This document shows, one piece after another, positions 58,824-64,000 of a stretch of DNA of 64,000 nucleotides; position 1 is the stretch's first letter, and every line of letters begins with the position of its first letter. The notes below the pieces were generated by a model, which worked only from the letters and a program-made list of their open reading frames with translations, was not told the origin of the DNA and did not search any database. Origin of the DNA: an uncultured Chloroflexia bacterium (GTDB taxonomy: Bacteria > Chloroflexota > Limnocylindria > Limnocylindrales > CSP1-4); assembly GCA_963772565.1 (NCBI GenBank), contig CAVYXU010000076.1:10417-74416 (forward strand), written 5' to 3'. The position numbers and the translations under genes were made by a program.

Positions 58824-58855
58824 GCGGGTCGTCCTCCAGGGCGTGGTGGCCGGGC

Positions 58856-60364
58856 TCAGGGCTCCAGCCGGGCGGCTTCGGTGCGCAGCAGCTCCCAGGC
58901 CCGCTCGACGTGGCGGGCTTCGGTGCGCAGGTTGCCGACTGCGAGCCGGATCGTGAACCGGTCGCGCAGCCGGGTATGGGACAGGAACACCTCACCCGTG
59001 CGGTTGACGGCGTCCATCAGCCGCATGTTGAGGTCGTCGAGCCGGGACCGGATGTCGGGGTCATCCGCGCGCCCGGCGACCGCTGCGGGCCGGAACCGGA
59101 AGCACACGGTCGAGAAGGGAACAGGTGCGAGACGCTCCCAGTCAGGGTCCGCGTCCACCCAGGACGCGAAGCTCGCTGCGAGGTCGAGGTGGAACGCGAT
59201 GCGCCGGCGGAGGCCCTCGAGGCCGAACCAGCGCAGCTGGATCCACAGCTTGAGCGCCCGCATCCGCCGCCCGAGCTGCGGCTGGTACTCGGTGTAGTCG
59301 AGGACCGGATTGACGCGGTCGAGCGTGCGCAGGTACTCGGGCTGGAGGCTGAACGCCGCCCGCAGCTGGTCCATCCGCCGTGACAGGAGCAGCGATGCAT
59401 CGAGCGGCGTGAACAGCCACTTGTGCGGATTGATCACGATCGAGTCGGCGCGCTCCCATCCCGCAAACGGCCCCCGATGGTCGGGCAGCAGCGCGACGAC
59501 GCCCGCATAGGCGCTGTCGACGTGGAGCCACAGGCCCTCTCGCTCGGCGATGTCGGCGATCTCGCTCACCGGATCCGCCGAGGTCGACGACGTCGTCCCG
59601 ATCGTCGCGACAATCGCCACCGGACGGCGTCCCGCCGCACGATCGGCCGCGATCGCCGCCGCCAGCGCGGCCGGGTCCATCTCATAGCGATCGTTGACCG
59701 GGATCCGCACCAGCGACGCGCGCCCAAGGCCCAGCGTCATGCACGCCTTTTCGATCGAGCTGTGGGCCTCGGCAGACGCGTACACGCGCAGGTCGCCCAA
59801 CTCCGGACGGCCGGCGAGCCCGGCGGCCGCCGCATCGAGACCGGCAGACTCACGAGCCGCCGCGATCGCGATCAGGCTGGAGGTCGATGCCGTGTCCGTG
59901 AGCAGGCCATCGAAGGCCTCCGGCAGCCCGAGCGCATCGCGGAGCCAGGACACGATGACGCCTTCCAGCTCGGTCCCGATCGGTGACGTCCGCCACAGCA
60001 TCGGGTTCTGGCCCAGCGCGGCGGTGAGGAACTCGCCCAGCATGCCGGGGCCCGAGGCGCTGGTCGCGAAGTACGCGAAAAACCCCGGGTGCTGCCAGTG
60101 CGTGGCATTGGGGATCACCAGCCGGTCCACGTCGGCCAGGATCGCCTCGATCGGCTCGGGCGAGTCCGGCGCGCGCGCCGGGAATTGCGGGCGGAGCGAT
60201 CCCGGCTCGATCGGCGGCAGGACCGGGTACGTCTCGACCGAGCGGAGGTAGTCGGCGATCCGGTCGACGACCTGGTGTGCGGCGGCCCGGAACGATTCCG
60301 GGTCCATGTCGTTGAGGCCGTTGACCTGCTGCGGGTCGAGGGCCGGTTCGAGAGGCTCGGTCAC
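58856..60364 (-). CDS. Pyridoxal-dependent (group II) aromatic-L-amino-acid/histidine-type decarboxylase
   Basis: HWQHPGFFAYFATSASGPGMLGEFL...WRTSPIGTELE...LLTDTASTSSL...HVDSAYAG...SIVINPHKWLFTPLDASLL (PLP-Lys). Confidence 0.85.
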   Translation of the reverse strand: MTEPLEPALDPQQVNGLNDMDPESFRAAAHQVVDRIADYLRSVETYPVLPPIEPGSLRPQFPARAPDSPEPIEAILADVDRLVIPNATHWQHPGFFAYFATSASGPGMLGEFLTAALGQNPMLWRTSPIGTELEGVIVSWLRDALGLPEAFDGLLTDTASTSSLIAIAAARESAGLDAAAAGLAGRPELGDLRVYASAEAHSSIEKACMTLGLGRASLVRIPVNDRYEMDPAALAAAIAADRAAGRRPVAIVATIGTTSSTSADPVSEIADIAEREGLWLHVDSAYAGVVALLPDHRGPFAGWERADSIVINPHKWLFTPLDASLLLSRRMDQLRAAFSLQPEYLRTLDRVNPVLDYTEYQPQLGRRMRALKLWIQLRWFGLEGLRRRIAFHLDLAASFASWVDADPDWERLAPVPFSTVCFRFRPAAVAGRADDPDIRSRLDDLNMRLMDAVNRTGEVFLSHTRLRDRFTIRLAVGNLRTEARHVERAWELLRTEAARLEP

Positions 60365-60390
60365 CCGGCCAGTCTACCGGCCGGTCACGG

Positions 60391-61308
60391 TCAGACCGAG
60401 GTCCCGACGTTGGACAGGACCGTGGACGCCTGGCTGCCCAGGAAGATGACCGCCACGAAGATGATCGGCAGCACGAACAGCAGGATGAGGATGACGAGGC
60501 AGGCCGTGGCCGGCGTCGAGGCGCCGATCGGCTGGACGACTGCCGTGCCGGCGAACCGGTCGTGCAGGCCTTGCCGGGTAGAGCTGATCGCGGTGCTGAT
60601 CAGGAGCGCCAGGTACCACAGGAAAAGCAATCCGCCGATCTCTGCCGACACGGCGGGCACGAGGGTGAAAGCCTGGAACGGGAGGCCGAGCCCGACCCAT
60701 CGACGAATTGCCTGGTCCATCGTCAGCGTCCGGCCGTCGAATGCGTTGCCGACCTGGAGCTTCATGAACCGCATGCCGAGCGTGGCGCGCGCCGCGCCGG
60801 TCCACAGCCCCACGAAGTAGAGGAACGCGACGCCCATGAAGATCACGACGCTCACGAGCGCCGACGTTGTCGGTGAGGTCGGCGCCGCCGTCTCGATGGC
60901 CCCGATGATCAGGGCCGCTGCTATTCCGATCAGGATTCCGTCGATCCACCAGGCCACGAACCTGGCGACGGTGCTGCCGAAGCGGAGGCCGGGCGCACCG
61001 GGCACCTCGAGCCCGGTCGGCGACGCGGACGGTGCAGCCCAGGCGACCGGCGCACTCGGGGGCTGCGTGAAGCCGGGGCCAGGCGGCGGTGGCAAGGCCG
61101 CGCCCGGGGGTGGCGGAGGCTGTGTCGCCGCCTGCGGTGACGCACTCGGCGCGGACGCCGCGGTCGGGATCGGCGGCGACGTTGCCTCAACGGGCGGAGG
61201 CGTGCCAGGAATCGGCACCGGCGAACCGGGCCCGGCACCCGTGGGTGCCTGCTGGTCAGCCAAGGGAGCGCCATCGGTCCGTTGATCGTCCGCGGCCTCG
61301 CCGTCCAT
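60391..61308 (-). CDS. RDD family membrane protein with a Pro-rich N-terminal region
   Basis: STVARFVAWWIDGILIG...GLWTGAARATLGMRFMKLQV...STRQGLHDRFAGTAVV. GGAGG lies upstream of the ATG at 61308. Confidence 0.75.
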   Translation of the reverse strand: MDGEAADDQRTDGAPLADQQAPTGAGPGSPVPIPGTPPPVEATSPPIPTAASAPSASPQAATQPPPPPGAALPPPPGPGFTQPPSAPVAWAAPSASPTGLEVPGAPGLRFGSTVARFVAWWIDGILIGIAAALIIGAIETAAPTSPTTSALVSVVIFMGVAFLYFVGLWTGAARATLGMRFMKLQVGNAFDGRTLTMDQAIRRWVGLGLPFQAFTLVPAVSAEIGGLLFLWYLALLISTAISSTRQGLHDRFAGTAVVQPIGASTPATACLVILILLFVLPIIFVAVIFLGSQASTVLSNVGTSV

Positions 61309-61676
61309 GCCGCCTCCTCGAGGGTGCCCACCGGATCGCGACGCCACCCGCGGCGACGTCCACGATCGGCAGCATCGTTCGGCGAGAGTCTAGAGGGTGG
61401 CCATCGTCATCGCGGTCCACGCCTGGCTTCTCCGGACGACGCGCCGCAGCTCAACTTCCCGCGCCGGGGGTGCGCCGCCGGAGACGGCCCACCCCCGGTC
61501 GTCGGCGCGCGCCCTCCCCCCAGCCAACAGGGCGCCCGGTGCGTGACCGGGGGCATCTTGAAGACCGATGCTCGCCACTTGTGTACGACTTATCTGCGCC
61601 GGACCGTTGGTGGGGGTGTGCAGCCACACCGCGGCCGCCAGCTCGCGCGGCGGCCCTTCGCCCGGTGTCCGAAGAT

Positions 61677-61703
61677 TGAACCCGGGACGGCCGCCGTTCG
61701 TCT
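61677..61703 (+). promoter_or_regulatory. ECF-sigma-type promoter P1 (TGAACC-N16-CGTCT) upstream of the Kelch gene
   Basis: TGAACC at 61677-61682, CGTCT at 61699-61703, ATG 8 nt downstream at 61712. A near-identical 47-nt block recurs upstream of the sigma gene. Confidence 0.6.
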
Positions 61704-61711
61704 GGACGGGC

Positions 61712-61762
61712 ATGAACAACACCACGGGTCATTCGCCCGTGTGTCGTCTTCGGGAGGCATGA
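61712..61762 (+). CDS. Candidate leaderless 16-codon uORF (MNNTTGHSPVCRLREA) overlapping the Kelch start
   Basis: The ATG lies 8 nt after the -10 element. Its TGA stop (61760-61762) overlaps the Kelch ATG (61759) as ATGA. Confidence 0.3.
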   Translation: MNNTTGHSPVCRLREA

Positions 61763-62955
61763 ACAGCGTGTCCGTGGATCATCCCCCAGAACGGCGCCGC
61801 AGTCGACCGGCACTCATCGCGGGCCTGGTGGTCGGCGCCGTCGTTGGCGGCATCGGGGCGTATCTCCTCCTGGGCGGTGGCTCGGCCAGCTACGCAGGGA
61901 CGTTCACCGCAACGGGATCGATGACGACGCCGCGCCTCGGGGCCACCGCGACCCTGCTTGCCGACGGCCGCGTCCTCATTGCCGGAGGCGCATCCATCGA
62001 TGCCGGCGGCACCAGCCGCACGTTTCTGTCATCGGCCGAGCTCTACGACCCGCAGAGCGGCACCTTCAGCGGGACCGGTTCGATGACCACCACGCGTGCC
62101 GACGCGCTCGCGACCCTGTTGCCCGACGGGCGCGTCCTGATTGCCGGCGGCACCAGCGACGAGGACCCCAGCTTCCCCGCCTTGTCGTCCGCCGAGTTGT
62201 ATGACCCGTCGAGCGCCACCTTCAGCGCGACCGGATCGATGACCACGCCGCGCGAGTACGCGACGGCGACCCTGTTGCCCGACGGGCGCGTCCTGATTGC
62301 CGGCGGCACCAGCTTCCAGGCCGGCGGCTCCAGCCGCGAGCTGTCCTCCGCCGAGCTGTTCGACCCGCAGCGCGGCACCTTCAGCGCGACCGGGTCGATG
62401 ACCCTGGGGCGCAGCGCCGCCGTTGCGACCCTGCTGCTTGACGGTCGAGTCCTCGTCGCCGGCGGCAGCATCGTCCTTTCCGCCGACACAGGTGACGCCA
62501 CGGCGTCCGCCGAGCTGTTCGATCCACAGAGCGCCACCTTCAGCGCGACCGGCTCGATGACCAGGGGCCGCGCAGCACCCGCCGCCACGTTGCTCCGGGA
62601 CGGCAGCGTCCTGATCGCCGGCGGCTGGAACTCCGATGCCATCAGCGGCCTGTCGTCGGCGGAGCGCTTCGACCCACGCAGCGGCACGTTCGCGAGGACG
62701 GGGTCGATGACGACGGCGGGCCGCAGCCCCACCGCCGGCCTGCTCTCCGACGGACGCGTGCTCATCGTGCAGAGCGACGGTTCCGGATTCGTTGAGCTCT
62801 ACGATCCGCGCGAGGGCACGTTCACCGCGACCGGGGCGATGACCACGCCGCGCTGGGTCCCCACCGCGACCCTGCTCGCCGACGGTCGGGTCCTCATCGC
62901 CGGCGGCCAGGACTCGCCGTACACGGTCCTGTCGTCCGCCGAGCTGTTCCACTGA
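61759..62955 (+). CDS. Membrane-anchored seven-bladed Kelch-repeat beta-propeller protein
   Basis: TM segment LIAGLVVGAVVGGIGAYLLLGG, then 7 x [SSAELYDP.SGTFSATGSMTT.R...ATLL.DGRVLIAGG], with a closing SSAELFH strand. Start is ATG 61759 or GTG 61768 (GGGAGG at 61752-61757). Confidence 0.8.
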   Translation: MNSVSVDHPPERRRSRPALIAGLVVGAVVGGIGAYLLLGGGSASYAGTFTATGSMTTPRLGATATLLADGRVLIAGGASIDAGGTSRTFLSSAELYDPQSGTFSGTGSMTTTRADALATLLPDGRVLIAGGTSDEDPSFPALSSAELYDPSSATFSATGSMTTPREYATATLLPDGRVLIAGGTSFQAGGSSRELSSAELFDPQRGTFSATGSMTLGRSAAVATLLLDGRVLVAGGSIVLSADTGDATASAELFDPQSATFSATGSMTRGRAAPAATLLRDGSVLIAGGWNSDAISGLSSAERFDPRSGTFARTGSMTTAGRSPTAGLLSDGRVLIVQSDGSGFVELYDPREGTFTATGAMTTPRWVPTATLLADGRVLIAGGQDSPYTVLSSAELFH

Positions 62956-63007
62956 TCACGCCGCCTGGCGCAGCACCCACTCCCGGCCGTCGTGCATGCC
63001 CGAAGAT

Positions 63008-63034
63008 TGAACCCCGGGCGACCGCCACTCGTCT
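63008..63034 (+). promoter_or_regulatory. ECF-sigma-type promoter P2 (TGAACC-N16-CGTCT), autoregulatory position upstream of the sigma gene
   Basis: TGAACC at 63008-63013, CGTCT at 63030-63034, ATG 8 nt downstream at 63043. Confidence 0.6.
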
Positions 63035-63042
63035 GGATTGAC

Positions 63043-63609
63043 ATGAGGGCGGGAGGGCTGGCGACGACAGGACGCACGGCATCGAGCAACCTTGAGACCG
63101 ATCGGGCGGCGATGTTCGCGGCGATGGCGGACGGACAGCTCGTCCGATCCTTCCGGCTGGCCGCGCTGCTGCTGGCCAGCAACTCCGAGGCCGAAGATGC
63201 TGTTCAGGATGCGGCCGTGATCGCGTGGGAGCGGTTCGGCGACCTCCGGGACCGCGACCGATTCGCGGCGTGGTTCCAGCGGATCCTGGTCAACACCTGC
63301 CGCGACCGCCTCCGCCGGCGGAGAAGCGTCAGGCAGCTGGATCTCGGTCCTGCGCCCGCAGACGTGGCCCCGGACACCGGCGCGGGGTACGCCGAGCGGG
63401 AGGCGCTCCGGGACGCGCTCGCCCGGCTGTCGCACGAGCACCGGGAGGTCGTCGTCCTGCGGTACTTCGCGGACCTCTCCCTCGAGGAGATCGCCGAGCG
63501 CACCGGCGAGCGGGCCGGCACGGTCAAGTCCCGCCTGCACTATGGGCTCCAGGCGCTGCGAGCCGCTTACGATGCGGCCGCGCGTCTCCCCGGGGAGACG
63601 TCCCGATGA
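63043..63609 (+). CDS. ECF (group 4) RNA polymerase sigma-70 factor
   Basis: Region 2: EDAVQDAAVIAWERFGDLRDRDRFAAWFQRILVNTCRDRLRRR. Region 4: HREVVVLRYFADLSLEEIAERTGERAGTVKSRLHYGLQALR. I chose the ATG at 63043 because the track start at 62992 lies upstream of the predicted promoter. Confidence 0.85.
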   Translation: MRAGGLATTGRTASSNLETDRAAMFAAMADGQLVRSFRLAALLLASNSEAEDAVQDAAVIAWERFGDLRDRDRFAAWFQRILVNTCRDRLRRRRSVRQLDLGPAPADVAPDTGAGYAEREALRDALARLSHEHREVVVLRYFADLSLEEIAERTGERAGTVKSRLHYGLQALRAAYDAAARLPGETSR

Positions 63610-64000
63610 CCGAGACCCGCTTCGATGGCGACCTGCGTGATGTGCTCCAGGGGCTGGCCCCGAAGGGCCTCCCGGCGGGCCTCCGCGACACCGTGACCAG
63701 CGTGCCGTACCGGGCTGGACGCGTGCCGCGCGTGTCGTCGTGGAGACCGATCGGCCGCTCGTTGTTCGCCGGGCTGTCGGCGGCGGCGACGGTTGCGGCC
63801 GCCGTGTTGCTCGCCGTGGTGGTCATCGTAGACCCGTTCGGACGTGGTGCCCCGGGCCCGGGCCCCGGTCAGGCATCGCAGCCCCCGGCGGGGTCCCCGA
63901 CACCCACCCCATCCGCCTTCCGGATCGAGTACCAGGTCCTGCCCGTGAATGGCCAGACGCCCATCGCGGACGACCTGGCCGCCATCGCGAACCGCATCTT
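63606..64000 (+). CDS. Single-pass membrane protein in the anti-sigma position (partial; continues beyond the window)
   Basis: ATGA overlap with the sigma stop. My own translation gives MTETRFDGDLRDVLQGLAPKGL...RSLFAGLSAAATVAAAVLLAVVVIVDPFGRGAPGPGPGQASQPPAG..., open to the end of the window. It is absent from the ORF track because it has no stop. Confidence 0.6.
   Translation, partial: MTETRFDGDLRDVLQGLAPKGLPAGLRDTVTSVPYRAGRVPRVSSWRPIGRSLFAGLSAAATVAAAVLLAVVVIVDPFGRGAPGPGPGQASQPPAGSPTPTPSAFRIEYQVLPVNGQTPIADDLAAIANRI

Overview
High-GC (about 70% by eye) bacterial chromosomal segment. Gene content looks Actinomycetota-like, which is inference only. I support about 60 protein-coding genes, 2 tRNAs (Val-GAC, Arg-CCT), one IS110-family insertion sequence, several tandem and inverted repeats, and a few promoters, operators and terminators. 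Most long ORFs in the six-frame track are antisense or out-of-frame shadows typical of high-GC DNA, and many true genes start well inside the listed ORF. I re-derived starts from RBS positions and from ATGA/GTGA/TGATG stop-start overlaps.

Gene content, in window order:
- A fused RNA-methyltransferase ORF and a frameshifted flavoprotein disulfide reductase.
- A seven-gene translationally coupled minus-strand operon: family-5 SBP, MA-type peptidase, two DUF881, DUF951, MFS, amidohydrolase.
- GT2-like, CPBP protease, DoxX and flavodoxin-like genes.
- A peptidoglycan-binding protein with three 95-aa repeats and an eCIS/DUF4157-style N-terminal motif.
- ettA, a large BNR/Asp-box secreted protein, and a TetR/MFS efflux pair.
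- An AraC/VOC/UvrA-paralog/methyltransferase cluster.
- An IS110 element next to tRNA-Arg.
- A truncated globin and a Grx-like/CcdA/TlpA thiol-redox operon.
- A LacI-controlled GH1 + GH130 + Opp-type ABC beta-glycoside locus.
- MBL-dcd-nrdR, then EtfAB + acyl-CoA dehydrogenase + an EtfD-like membrane Fe-S oxidoreductase.
- moeA-moaC-mog, an S2P/CBS protease, and a PLP decarboxylase.
- A Kelch propeller / ECF sigma / anti-sigma-like module.

I found no CRISPR array, rRNA, prophage or recognisable defence system. The best candidates for something new are:
1. The roughly 200-nt structured non-coding arm of the IS110 element, a possible guide (bridge/seek-type) RNA.
2. A duplicated ECF-type promoter with predicted leaderless starts, including a 16-codon uORF coupled to the Kelch gene.
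3. The orphan eCIS-leader-like peptidoglycan-binding repeat protein.
4. The unusual SBP-peptidase-DUF881 operon.
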